DNA of 63,030 nt, the filler included, from Intoshia linei (taxonomy: Eukaryota > Animalia > Orthonectida), in assembly GCA_001642005.1 (NCBI GenBank). It is 4 parts of 4 records of this genome, joined end to end, with 100 filler letters (N's around TTAATTAATTAA, not from the genome) between each part and the next. Parts side by side here need not be neighbours in the genome. Positions count along the whole stretch, not along the records: positions 24,364 to 46,162 come from LWCA01000624.1; 3 more parts are not named here. The stretch is one strand, 5' to 3'. Positions 24,264-37,800 of the stretch are shown here, in pieces. Position numbers and translations under genes: made by a program. Each line of letters begins with the position of its first letter. Within the stretch, counting starts at the first letter, position 1. The notes beneath the pieces are model-generated. The model was not told the DNA's origin. It worked only from the letters and a program-made list of their open reading frames with translations, and did no database searches.

Positions 24264-24363
24264 NNNNNNNNNNNNNNNNNNNNNNNNNNNNNNNNNNNNN
24301 NNNNNNNTTAATTAATTAANNNNNNNNNNNNNNNNNNNNNNNNNNNNNNNNNNNNNNNNNNNN
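24264..24363. other. Assembly gap with artificial TTAATTAATTAA linker
   Basis: N-run/TTAATTAATTAA/N-run of 100 nt, identical in structure to 46163-46262 and 53698-53797. Confidence 0.97.
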
Positions 24364-24365
24364 GC

Positions 24366-24482
24366 TCCCAGGTATCTGTAGAACGTTCCTTCAATATTTT
24401 AAAAACTATAGATAGTTACAAGAGACCAAAAATGGCAAGGGACTTCTTAGAGGATATTTTATTTTTAAATCTGAATAAATAA
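24366..24482 (+). mobile_element. hAT transposase C-terminal dimerisation-domain fragment
   Basis: SQVSVERSFNILKTIDSYKRPKMARDFLEDILFLNLNK* fits the SxxxERxFS...R..L...LE..LFL signature. Confidence 0.7.
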
Positions 24483-25002
24483 ATTTGATTATAAAGGTCT
24501 TTTAGTTATAACTTATTAGCCTTTATTGAATTTTTGAACTTGAGTATTTTGTTGTGCCCATAATTTCCACCTCTACAAACGAAGCATGAATTTAAGTTTT
24601 TGTAAACAAAAATTAACAAAATCATGAAAATAAACTTAAATTTAACTATTTTTTTTTAATTACTTAATTGATCAACCCACATTCGTTAATGATTTATTTT
24701 CAAATTTAGTCATCGGATTGTCATTTTTTTTTAAATTACATCTAATCTATCTGGTATGTTTTTGAATTTGTAAAAAAAATTATAAATGTGATTCCCTACT
24801 GTACTTGTATTTACATTCTATATTGATTCAGTGAGAATAAAAAACATTAATTATTAGTTGTCGAAATTATCTAATGGTTGAAAATCTAATTTTTACGTTT
24901 TTTTCAAGTGGTACATATAATCTTGATTGTATAAATTATTATAATGGAGAAAGATTGATTGATTAATAGATAAATTTTTAATGGTATTTATAATTATACA
25001 AG

Positions 25003-25200
25003 TTATGCATTTTTCTTGGAATTAATAAATTTTTTTCTTTTTTCCTTCTTCTCCAAGCATTTCATATATTTCCATGTGAGATAGGCAGAAAGAGCCAAGA
25101 GCGGCATAGTTATCATTATTATACTAATTAAAAATTCCATTGGCTGTTTCACTGCATAAATAATTATTCGAACAAATAAATGCTCAAAATATTCAAACAT
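25003..25200 (-). CDS. SMIM15: Small integral membrane protein 15 (UPF0542)
   Basis: YAVKQPMEFLISIIMITMPLLALSAYLTWKYMKCLEKKEKRKK parallels the SMIM15 pattern WAAKDPYGFL..V....TPLFL.SA.LSWK..K.IE..EK. Confidence 0.8.
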   Translation of the reverse strand: MFEYFEHLFVRIIIYAVKQPMEFLISIIMITMPLLALSAYLTWKYMKCLEKKEKRKKFINSKKNA

Positions 25201-26124
25201 TTTAATTTTAATAATAAATTTTAGATACTTTTAAAACTATAGTAATGACAATTTCAAGGCTTTAGTGAAATCCTTTTCTTAAGAAATTTAATTTTATAAA
25301 AGATGCGTTGCTAATAAATAATAATAATGTTTGTTTTTAAAATTAACCAATATTTGGAGGGTTTGTCCATATCGGAATAATTTTTTGGTTGATGCCTCTA
25401 CAACAGGAGTCGGCAACCTTTTTCGTCTCGTGGGACACTTTAGTTAATGATAATATTATAAGGGGCCCGTTTTTGAAAATTGACATGATAAATTTCAATT
25501 TTAACTGAAGAGAAACGGTTCTAGCATATTCAACAAAATAATATCCAGTGCGATCTGTAAATTCAGAGTTAAAATGAGCCAATTATGGTAGAATAGTAAA
25601 TAATTTACATATTTACTCAAAAGACATACAAAATTATTCTATCAGTACTGGTTGCCGACCCCTGCTTTACAATATTAAAAATAGGAAACGTAATGATTTC
25701 GTGGAAATCTAAATTTTTGTTTTATTATTAAAAATGCAAGTTTTAATGTATTTAGAAGAATGACTTATCTATAACAGGGCTCGACAACCTTTTGCGGGCC
25801 ACTTTTTTAAATTATACGGTTCCCGCTTTTGAAAATTTACGATACATCTCAATTTTATTAAGTCAAAATGTTTTGAATGACCACTATTCAATTATTTTCA
25901 GTAGATTAAAAATATGAAATTGTCGGATTATCAACTTACTATGGATAGCTACCGTGACCGTTAACCAGGTCAAACATTTGTATTGCGTTATATAACTTTC
26001 CTAAAAATACATAAAACTTAGATTTACACGTCTAAATACATTACAATTAACACCTTTCCATGTCCTAAATTTCTGTTTCATGTGATTGATGAAATGAATT
26101 AAAAAAAAACAATAATAAAATTTA

Positions 26125-28895
26125 TTAAAAATTGGAAAATGTATCGAGTAAAACAAATTTGGCTGATTCGAGTTTTTCAGATGTGGTACATTTCATGTTC
26201 TGAATGTGATACAAAATATCACCTTTTCGGCGAATCAATTCTATAACACTAGCTTTGGAAATAACTCCCAGTGTACAAACTACGATATAGACACTTTCAG
26301 AGTCTTCAAAAAGTGTTAAAAATTCTAGACAAATCTGTACAACTTCATTCAATAGGGCAAAGACATTTGTTTTAACGAGCAAAATAGCATAATTAAGTGC
26401 AAAACTTGCAATAGCAATAGCAATAAACTTGTCAGGAATTTGGGCTGCAACCCTGATCATTTCTATATTTAGGTTAATTTCTTGAATTAAAATATCCCTA
26501 TAAATTTCGTTAGAGAACATATTAATAAATATCCTAAGAGCCGTTAGACGAATATTCACATTAGAGTCAGAACAAACAATTCTTCTTACTTTTTCTTTAT
26601 CAAAATTTGATTTAAATACGTCCTTGATAATCATCAACCGTAATAAATCCAAGCTGGGCAACTGGAAACCTAATTTAAAATGTTAGGACAACAACGTTAT
26701 CAATACAAGTGGGCCAATTTAAACATTTTTCAAACAGTTTGCAGTTTTCACCAAAATAGGTATAATCATTAGTTTGTAGAGTTTTGTTTAAAATTTCCAA
26801 GTCTTCATGACATAATTGTAAATCTTGACATCCTTGAGTTTCTCCAACATTTTTGTTCATTTCACAAAATTTACCTAAACGTAGATATTAATTTATAACT
26901 GACCAATTACCGTAAAGTTTCATAATGTCTGTTTTCTTAAATGAAATGTAATTGTAAATACTAAAATGCGTAGTATCTAAAATATGTTTCAAATATTCTA
27001 AAATGCGAAACTTGTATCATGACCTAACATAGACTCTCCCGTAGAAACACTCATTTCTGTTATGGCGGAATCGATTGATATTTCTAACCAGAAAACATGT
27101 AAAAATTAAATAAAAATTCAAACATTTTCAAATAAACCTCCTTCGTTAGTATTTTTCTCTATGAAAGAAACAACGTCTTCAATCATATCTAAACCAATAC
27201 TGTGTTTTGTTAAAAACTTTTGAGCCACTTCTCTAGGGTCGTCACCTCTATTGTACGGTAATTTCATTATACTTCTGTCAGAGGATAAACTCACATCAAA
27301 AACATAATCATACGCCTACATTAAATTAGATAATTTGTATATATAATCTTACCACTCCGTCCAAAATTTGTTTTTTATCTGTGGGTCGTCCGGATGCGCC
27401 ATTATATGATCCCATTAAATTCCATAATTTGTCGGCAGCTGACCATTGATATACTAAAGGTCCTTCAGGTGTGTTAATCAAAACATTTTGTTTATCGGAC
27501 GTTCCGTCTAAAAATATATTATATTTTTGTACCTAAAGACCTTTTAAAACCTTTCGAGAGAACATCGTTGGATCGTATATATTTGGACATGTCAGGTTGA
27601 ACATCTGGTGCGGTTGCCTGTCCAGCCTTTTTACCCAGTTGAATCCTGGTACAAATCTTACGCCAGTCTGATTTGATTTTATAGTGCATGATACTGCCAT
27701 TACTAAAAAGAAATAAATTTCCAATAAAATAAAACCAACCTTGTTCCAACAAGAATATCGTTGTCTGACGAAATGTTGACACACCATACACTAACATCCT
27801 CTGAAACAATTACATCACCTAATTTAGTATGATAGTCCCAAATGCAAAGTTTTCCATCTTCTCCGGCGCTAACAAATTTGACTAAATTGGTTTCACTGGG
27901 ATATTTGTGCGAATATTGTGAAATGTAGTGAATAATATTTTTAGATGCAATTCTTCTCAAAACATAAGACCTGGTGGCTTCCTTTGTTTTAATTTTTACA
28001 TACAAATCTGCCAATCGTTCAACCTTTTCATTTAACTCTACATCAGTTTCTGGATTCTCATTGTAAATTGCTTTAAAATTGAGTTTTTCTGCCTGCGGCG
28101 ATTTCAAGTGTTTATCAACGTCACTAAAGTCCACAAGACTAACATCATAAATAAAGGTTTTGTGTCCAATCAAGACATTTTCGCATTTCAATGTTAGTAA
28201 ATTCCAAAGTCGAATTGTTCCATCATTTGATGATGATAAAAACGCACTAGAGTCCAAATACTGTAACGATCGTATACAATCTTTATGCCCAGAAAAAATA
28301 AGAAGACAGCTACTATTAAACCACACTCTTATGGTTTTATCCGCAGATCCTGTAAGAAATTCAACAGGAGATTTAATACAAACTGCCCAGACTGCCATTG
28401 AATGGCCTAAGTTATATCATAAAAAACAAATCATTGATATTACCTTTTAAATCGAATAGCTTTTCATTTTTATTCCATACACATGCGGTTGTATCCCAAG
28501 AAGCCGATATGACTATATTTTTTTTGTAATTCAAGCGACACAAATTCATCGTATGCGCTTGTATTTTGTATAATTCGGTAGTATCGTAATTTTCTTCAAC
28601 TTTATAGATCCACATTAATCCATCCAAATTTCCTATATATACACACTTTTCATCCGTTAAAATTGCGGAATTTAAAAATTTTTTATTTTGGAGAATTATA
28701 TGGTGAAAAATAAATTGTCCAGATTCACTAAAATTTAATATATTATTTATTTACTTACAATTACTCTTTAATCCATAGTATCGCAGTTCCATCTCTAGAA
28801 GCAGAAATTACAACTGAACTAATATTACTGTTTGAACACAAGGATTTTACGTCAGACGTATGTACTTTTAAAGTACTCAATAAATTAAGCGCCAT
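26125..28895 (-). CDS. PLAA: Phospholipase A2-activating protein / Doa1-Ufd3 (WD40-PFU-PUL), multi-exon
   Basis: HTSDVKSL...SASRDGTAILW, ISASWDTTACVW, LTGSADKTIRVW, GHKDCIRSL; PFU motif YDYVFDV...KLPYNRGDDPREVAQKFL; PUL-like C-terminus (FPSLDLLRL...ALRIFINMF). Confidence 0.92.
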
Positions 28896-28981
28896 TCTAT
28901 ATTATCGTTTATAATTTAAACATTTGTATCTATGCAAACTATTTTATTTTCTAATTATCGTAGATATAATATTTGTTTGCA

Positions 28982-31900
28982 ATGGATATCGCTTTACAAG
29001 AGGTTTATTTATATTACTTTCAAGTTACATATTTATTTTAGGTTTTTATAGTATCATTTAAAAAAGATGTTGATAATTACATAAACATTTACACTAATGA
29101 CGGGAACCTTGTCAAGAGTATTAAATGTCAAACTGCAAAATATGGAAACATTTTGAAAAATACTCTTGTTTTAATAAATGACGATTTTCTTTTGTATTCA
29201 TCTGAATCAAAAAATGTTTTTACTTCCATTGTTTATAGAAACAAGGTATGTTGTTTATCGCCTGCCTGTAGAGAGAATACTGTACTTGTATATTAGATGG
29301 GTTCCACGTGAAGAAAGTAAAAAAATTCCCATCAAAAAGTTTGAGAACGTGCTCACTAAATTTGAGATTAGTGGCCATTTGTGGAAATATTTTTTATTTT
29401 GAATTGTTAATTATATTCGGATGGTATCTCAAGACAGCTTACATGAAATAACCATTTTATTTAATGAATATAGAACAATCTATTATCAAGATTTGGGGTG
29501 GAAAAGTGTTATGAACATTTGAAACTATCAAATTGTTCAAATTATCTGATTGGAGTTCATGAAAATAGCTTCTATGTTTGGAATATTCATTCAGGTCAAC
29601 TGTGTGCTAATGTTTCTGATCATTTGCAAAAAATAAATTGCATCCTTTTTTCTTATAATGGTGGAGTTTTATGTACCACTTCCCATGATACAAATATTTT
29701 TGCATACGACTTCTATAAGTATACTTATTTAGTTTTTATTTGTTTATTATATAATGCATTTAGTCTTGTCAGTTCCAAGTTAAATTCAAAAATTCATACT
29801 TTCTCAGGTCACTCTTTAGCTGTCACAGATTTAATTACAAATGAACGGAAGCAAGATTATATTTATAGTTGTTCTTTGGATTGTTCTGTAAAGGTACATT
29901 TATTTATATTTGTCTAGGACTTTCTCAAATGGTGCACCCAGAAAATTTTATGTCTGCTCAGCGAATAATTAAATTTAGAATTTAAAAATTTAGAAAAAAG
30001 TACTTTAATATTTATTTTTTTTTACTTCGAAACTATTTTATTAAAACAAAAAATTTGAAATAATTAATGATCCTACAATTAAAAAAAAGATTATTCTGAT
30101 AGAGCTTATTCCATTTGATATAAATACAAAATTTCAATCCCAAAAGTCTATGCATTCCCAGTGAAAAATAATTTTTAATATATTATCAATCAATATTTTT
30201 CTAATGTTGGATTAAAACAGCGGTTCTCAAATTGGGTACTGGTACCCCCTAGGGGTACCATAAATTATTTTGGGGTACCAGTTCGTCTTAACCTATGACT
30301 CACATTTATGACACTTTATGATTCATAAATTATAAATATTTTTTAAAATTTCATAATACGTTTATGTATCAATTTTTGATGAAGTAGAGTTTAATTAACT
30401 ATTTATTTTATTTGATTTTTTTTAATTCACGTGGTATCATAGTTACAATACATATAAATTATTATGGGGTACCAAATTATTTTTTTTTAGTTTAGGGGTA
30501 CCAACCGCGAAGTATGTTGAGAACCGCTGGATTAAAATTTAAAATGAAAAAGTAAAATAATCATCCTACAATTTCAAAAAAAATGTGAATTGAAATTCTA
30601 CACATTTCCAATAAACAAATATAGATGAAAATCTATATAATTCATTCCTTCCGACTTTTTTATATTGCCACGCAATTTTTGATTTTCAAAATATTTCGTT
30701 TAAAATTTAAATTAAAACTACGACAACGAATTACTAAAAGTAATACAACTTTGTTATGATCATTTTTATATATTACAATTCTTTGTATTGCTAAAATTCA
30801 CCTGAAATGTGTTTATAAAGTGCGAATTCCGTTAATTATTGATACAAAATGATATTTTTTACTCATTGAAAGCAAATACGAATATACACGTTTATTAACA
30901 TTCTTTGTTATGGAATTTAAGCTATTTATGACAATTTATAGGATTGTACTATTTTTATTTATTTATAAGTTTATACAGCATATTCTGTCTAATAAATTAT
31001 TAGAATTGAGATAACAATTGTTTTTAAAATTCTTTACACAAATATTAAAACAAAATACAGTGCAACCTGTCGATAGGGAACATTAGATATATGGAACATG
31101 CTAATATAAGCCATAAAATACATTTAATTATTTATTTTAACATTTTATAAATGCTTATTACAGTGTGCAAAATAAAGATAAGCCCAACATTTTTTTTGTT
31201 AATAATTGTGATTGAAAGGTGAAATTTTCATACTAAGATACACAAACGAAGCGACACTTGATGATATATCTATTATAATTATATATCTTTTTTCAACAAA
31301 AAGTTATTACAAAAAATATATATATACATAATAAGCGAAATAAACAAGTACAATGAATAAAAATAATGTAGTATATCCATTTACACATTTAATAGTGTGT
31401 TTTTTCTCCTTTATATTGTACATAAAGACATCTATTTTTCATAAACGTTATTAATTTTTGTAAAAGATTTTGATCAATTTTATTTCATTCTAATATAATC
31501 AATTTTATTAGTTCCTCAGTATTGCTAAATTGCCCCCCATTTTTGTAAACAGACATAGCCAAAATTCCTCAAAGGTTTTCAATTGGATTTAAGTCTGGTG
31601 ACTTTGATGGCCAATCAATTACATCAATAGAATTATCTTGAAACCATATTTTTACCAACTTTGAAGTATGGATTGAAGCATTGTCTTGTTGGAAAAAGAA
31701 ATCTGTACCATATTGTAAATGTGCAAATGGAACTAAATTTTCTGATAATGTATTAATATAATTTTCAGAATTTTGGTTTTTTTTAAATTTACCAATTTTG
31801 ATTTTCCTTTATGACAAAAGGCTCCGATACTATAACCGATCCGGAATTTAGATATTTAAATTAATTAATAATAATTTTATTGTGTGTGACTTACGTTCAT

Positions 31901-33693
31901 CTCGTTATATTTTTATATTCTTCATTTTTATCTATCATATTTAATGAACTATTAATAAAAAACTGTTGGGATTATATTTAGTTCGCGCACTGTAGATGAA
32001 TAAAATTATATTTGCACATCATTTCTAAATTTTTAAGTTATATTTTGAAATTTTAATTATAGTATTGATAGAGAACAGTGAAGAAAGAATTTCGACTTTT
32101 TTTAAATTTTCGATATATTTTCGCTTTTTCATTAGTGAACATTAATAATTTAAATACAAGTAGAAAAAGACTTACTTTCAAAGAAAAAAAAGAAATTTTA
32201 GAGTTCATTGATACTCATGTGTATTGCAGCCAGAGAGATTTAGCTAAACTTGTAAAATCTCTGTTGGTACCATAAATAAAATTTTGCTTTATTAGGGTCT
32301 CAAAGCTGCAAATAAACTAATTTGATCAACTTTAAATAATAATTTGTTATTTATCACCGAATAGTGAACAGTCCCAAAAATGAGTTCATATTCTTCCCTA
32401 TTTACAGTTCACCCTATAGATGGAATAATTCACTTCAAATTAAAAGTTAATATGATATGAAGGTCCACGTGAAATAAGTTTGGGAATCACTCCTTTAAAG
32501 GATTGATAATAGTCAATATAGCATTTTTAAGTTAGATTTTCCTATTGAATTTATTTTTTTGGTAGAATAAAAATGTGCCCTCGGCAGAGCTAGATGCTGT
32601 TTGTACGTAGTACATACAGTCAACTAGTAGCATAATATACTTGTTTTCAAACTAAATGTAATGTTCAATTTATACAAAATCTTGATAGGATCTGTTTTTT
32701 GCAAACATTTAATAATATTAGGTAATCAAATTGTAATTAGTTAGATTGTATAGTTTAACAAATCAAATGTTATGTTATATTTTATAAATTACGAAGTAGT
32801 TATCCAACACTGAAAAACAATAAACTAATACATTTAATGTACTTAATGAATATTATGTAGTTTATTAGATACATTATTAGATTACATTTTACTGTTTAGA
32901 TATGGTCTATTGCCAACAAATCATTAATTAGAACAATACACTTTGATTATCCATTATTAAATGTAAAAATCGATTGGTGTGAAAGTGTTTTATTTGTGTC
33001 TATGTCAAATGCTCAAATATCAAAAATTTTTCTTAAAAACTATGTATTTACACAAATCAATCTGTCTAATAATTTTTAGTCTGATTTAAGTGATGAAAAT
33101 ACAATTGTACTGTCTGGGCACAGGTAATTTATTTTTAAAATTTAACTGGAATTTAATGTACTCATGAAATGTAGCACTCCTGCTTACCATATGATGTTGA
33201 ATGCTGATTGTTCGCTTCTATACAGTATAAGTAAAGAAGGTCTATTTTTATGGGATGTCAAGTCAAATACTTGTATTCGCAAATTGAATCAAAGTGGTTA
33301 GAAACTTATTATTTTATGAAATTAATATGATGACATTAAGAACGGATAACTTAATAGTATTATATTTGTTCGGTGTGAAAATACTGTTGATGAAATAATA
33401 ATGTAATGCCGAAAACTTGCGTCTGATATTATAATTAGTTATTCTATTTTATAATCAATTAATTTAAGGTATTCCAACCAATATGATCAAGGGTATACTG
33501 AAAAACTCTTTCTATAAAGATGGTGGACCAATTTGGAAACTAAAATATTTTGAAAAATCCTTTGATGAAATTGAACCAGAAAACATTGAATGTATCTCGA
33601 AATACCCTCTTACTGTAATTTTTTATTTTAATTTATAATTTTTTATACATTTATTTATAGATTTCCGAAATTTTGGATACAGATGTGTTTTAA
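28982..33693 (+). CDS. WDR18: WD repeat protein 18 / Ipi3 (rixosome subunit), multi-exon with a ~3 kb TE-filled intron
   Basis: YVWNIHSGQL...HLQKINCILFS...FSGHSLAVTDL...SCSLDCSVK|IWSIANKSLIRTIHFD...LWDVKSNTCIRKL is collinear with WDR18. The last exon and stop are less certain. Confidence 0.85.
30218..30529. mobile_element. hAT (Charlie-type) MITE with perfect TSD
   Basis: 13-bp TIR CAGCGGTTCTCAA / TTGAGAACCGCTG, flanked by an exact 8-bp duplication GATTAAAA (30210-30217 and 30530-30537). Internal GGGGTACC repeats. Confidence 0.93.
31400..31840 (-). mobile_element. Tc1/mariner transposase remnant
   Basis: FFQQDNASIHTSKLVKIWFQDNSIDVIDWPSKSPDLNPIENL* shows the Tc1 QQDNA..H and WP..SPDLNPIEN motifs, with a premature stop. 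TA+CAGTG terminus near 31159. Confidence 0.9.
32140..32275 (+). mobile_element. pogo/Tigger-like N-terminal HTH remnant
   Basis: RKRLTFKEKKEILEFIDTHVYCSQRDLAKL resembles the CENP-B-type HTH (RKxLTxxEKxxI...SQRxLA). Confidence 0.6.
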
Positions 33694-34872
33694 ATCTTTA
33701 TTTTGTAATTTGTAAATACATGTATCAACTGATGTATTTTACATTTGTAATATGTACTGAGTTTCAAACCTCACTAAAAGTAAAGAAAAAACTATTTTCG
33801 AAACATTGGTAATAATGATTTATCTTTTTATCCCGTACTTCTATTATGCACTATGTTTGGTTCTCAGAAATTTATTTGCTTTCGGAAAAAAGTAAATGAA
33901 GAAGTTTTTAATTTTGTCCTTGAATAATAACAACAAAAGTCTATAAAGTGAAACAACTACTGAACGATTTAGTTCATGATTTCTGCTACGCCGCGAAATC
34001 GTTAACCCTGGAAATAAAAAAATTTTTGCTTGATCAAGTTAATGAAACCAGAATATATTAGCATTTTAGAAAGTGAAAGCAGAATTTTAGAAATAAGTTT
34101 TGTGTAAGTAGAAACTAGTCTATTCGTAGAACTAGGATTACGCCAGAATTAATTGAAGCTAAAACTTTTGAAATACAGCAAAATCTTAATATGTAATTTA
34201 TAAATTATTTTTTGTTAATACATTTAATTGTAATTATATATTATAATTATATAATACACTTTATATGTCTATGTATTTTAATGATATTACTCTATTACAA
34301 AATTGAATATTCGGATCCTATTCATATTATTTCCCTCTAAATATTAATTATTTATTTCCTTTTTTCATCAAAAATCTTAAACATTTTAATAATTTTTATT
34401 TTTAAAATTTTTATAAAATTTACTGAAATTTGAAAAAAAGTATTTACTGAGTGTTAAAAAAATTTTTTTTAGTGAGTTACTAAATACTAAATTGAAAATA
34501 GTATCAACACCGAGTTGATTGGAAATGTTTCTCCAAATTTCAGACAATAATTTTATCTAATTAGGTGAAATATGTGGAATATATTTACTTTGTCAATTCA
34601 CACTAAAAACTGCGCGTTAATTGTTAGTCACATTAGATTAACCAAATAAAATTAGTTTTTGATGCCTAATAGTCAAGTTGATTATATATATTCATTTAAC
34701 CAATAGTTTTTGTTCTAAACGTAAATATTTATCGTGTATTTATTCCAGTATATTTCCTTATCTTTTTATTTCATAATAATATCGCTATGCAGAAATTGGA
34801 ATAGAGTAACTTAACAAAGAAATAATTTAGCATACGAATCTAAATATTTTATATATTAACATTCAAATTATT

Positions 34873-37800
34873 ATGAAGTTTGACTTTTTTTATATCTTGT
34901 TGTTTTTAATTTACCAAACTTTTGTGCAAAGTAATGTATACATTGTATTTTAATATCAACTATTAGGTGTTTGTAAAATTAACAACTGTATTAACTGCTA
35001 TAAAGCTCCACTCGGTTGTATAGAATGTAGTGAAAGCTATTATCGTGATGCTGATACCCTTCAATGCAAACGTCATTTTTAAAGAAATGTTTCTAATATA
35101 TTTTAGGTTGTCCAAATTATTGCAATTTATGTTCTAGTGGAAAATCATGTACAAATTTTTAATTGCAATTAATTCTTTAGGTTTAGAATGCAAAATTGGA
35201 AACTATTTTAATGATTATGTCAATTATTGTGATGGTAAGTATAATTATTTTTTTTTATTGAAAATAAGATTGCTTACCCAACTGTGATACCTGCTTGGAC
35301 AGACTTGGCTGTTCACGTTGTTCGTTGGGATTCTACAAAGAAACTGGACCCAAACAATGCATTAGTAATCATTTATACGTACTTTTGTATGTGTTAGCCC
35401 CGTATAACTTATACAATGTATGGAAATACATTAATCACAATTAATATCGAAACTTATACTATAAGTTTTATTATATAATTTGTGCTTACATATAAAATTG
35501 AATGTCTTATTTTTGATACCTATTATTATTTAGTTTAATGACATTACAGTATTCATTCCATGATTTGTTATGTATTTATAATTTTGTCTCCTTTAATCAA
35601 AATTGAACATGTGTTATTTTAATTAATTAAATCTAATAGAATGTTCGGATAATTGCGCTGCTTGTTTGGGAAATACAAGTTGCTTTCAATGTGACAAAGG
35701 ATACTATTTAGAAAGCAAAGTATGCACAAGTAATTAAACCATATATTGCTTCATAATTGACAATTATAATTATTAACCATTAAAATATTTAATTATACTT
35801 TTGTAGAATGTTTTAACAATTGCGATGAATGTACAAGCGGTAAATCTTGTGCATCGTGTCAAGATAATTTCTACTGGAACGATATAACGGAATTTTGTGA
35901 AAGTATGTATAATAGAATCTATAATTATACATTTAATATAACAAATAAGATATTGTTCACCAAGACATACATAATATTCGTTATATCATTAATGAATGTA
36001 TCTACAATGCACCTAAACTGTGTATGTCCTATATATCACTAGTTTTCAACCTTTTTTATAATTCGCTCCTTTTTCCAATTTTTTTTAAATTCCTCCCCAT
36101 CATTATTTCATTTATGACCAAATTTTAATTTAAATACTATATTTCGTAATTTGTGGATATTTCATTTTGTAAGATATTTCATTACTAGCTTTTGCTAATT
36201 TTTCAACATTAAGATTAGATTTATATAAAAAAGATGTAATTTTTTGGTTTAATTTCAAATAATTGTTTTCCGTGTCGATAAAAAAGCAATATTTTTATCG
36301 CAATATCCACTGGGTTTACTAACAAAATAATGTTACAAGTTTTGTAGTCCGCATATAATTATTTACTAATGTTTTTTGGTACAATAAGCAAAAAGGTAAA
36401 TAAAATTGTCATCAAGAGCACAAACAAATCAAAATTTCAAGTAATCGCTGCTAGACTTTCTAATTTTAACTTTAGACTTTAAACATTGGATGATATTGCC
36501 AAAATTAAAATAAACGTGATATAAATAGTGGATGATGATGGAAAATTCTAACTTATATAATATGCTACGCGATTTTTGTTTGTGTATGTGTGTGGATGTG
36601 TGTGTGACTTTATTGAAATAACTACCAATCTTAGAATTTTTTAAAGGCCACATTTCAATTACAGTTTTTTCCGGGACGTATATTAAGATATATTTCAACC
36701 TCCCAATTTCACATCTTACGGGTCAAAAACCCCCATTGTCCCTCTTTTTGAAAATGTTATTATAAAATAACATTAAATACTTCAAATTAACTTGATTTTA
36801 TATTTTTACAGTATTATTTTGATTAATTTTACAATTTTTCGTTTTGAAAGAAGGCTATAATTCTTGAAAATGTTTAATAAATGGGAATCGAACTGAGATC
36901 GACAGAATAAAAATATAAGGAGTATACCTCTCTGTTGCAACTGTTATATTATTTTACTTTGTAATTGTTTATTATTCAATATACTAATAATAATGGACAT
37001 CACACGACACAATTCAACTGAGATAATTTTTCCTCCAAAATTCCTACCCTTTTTACAAATTTCCTCCCATACAAAAATAATTCCTCCTTGGGAGCCACTT
37101 GGTTTATCGTTGAGAACATCTACTATATATGTTTGTATGGGTTCAATACAATCTGTATTAAGTTTCAAAAGCTGAAAAATTAATAAATGTAGAGTTATTG
37201 GTGCATATTTTATGTTTAGTAAACATTGTTTACATTATTATATTTATACCATTTATGATACATGTATGTTTATGTATTACTATTACTAATTAAAAATATT
37301 AAAATAGCTTGTGGAGAAGGCTGCGAAATTGGTGAATGCAAGAAAAATCTCGGATGTGCAAAGTGTAGTAATAATTATTACTTGGACGGAAAAATTTGTA
37401 AACGTAATAAATTATAATTTATTATATTAATATTAATTATAATTATACATAAAAAAATATTATTAAATTGTTATTAAAATTATTAATTAATAATTATTAT
37501 TAATATTAGCCTGTTTGATTAGTGAAGAGAATAAATGTTTAAATTGCGTACCGACTATGACTGGATATTTATGGAATTTACCGACGCAACATTGCATCAG
37601 TAATTTTTTTAAATTTTTTATTAATTAAATTTATTTTCAAGATTGCCCTGAATATTGCTTGAATTGCGATATATTCAATATATGCATGGTAGGTGCCACC
37701 GACATGTGTATAACTGGTAAAGTGTGGGACCCTACCAGTCTCACATGCACTGGTATTTATTTTTATAGCATAAAATATTATAATATGTTCAGATTGCAGT

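Noticed and set aside
24308-24319. TTAATTAATTAA islands inside N-runs (also ~46207 and ~53742)
   Set aside because: Identical six-frame stop linker added during scaffolding; not biological.
28160-28450. Antisense or alternative-frame ORFs (also 3728-3949, 5033-5257, 11726-12031, 27533-27787, 38205-38444, 45604-45819)
   Set aside because: Shadows of real exons with no recognisable motifs.
33860-34200. Possible extra WDR18 C-terminal exons
   Set aside because: Contains stops and frameshifts and looks more like a decayed pogo-type transposase piece.
36944-37168. 74-aa minus-strand ORF in a Cys-gene intron
   Set aside because: Only a faint resemblance to the Tc1 GG.VMVWG motif; too decayed to call.
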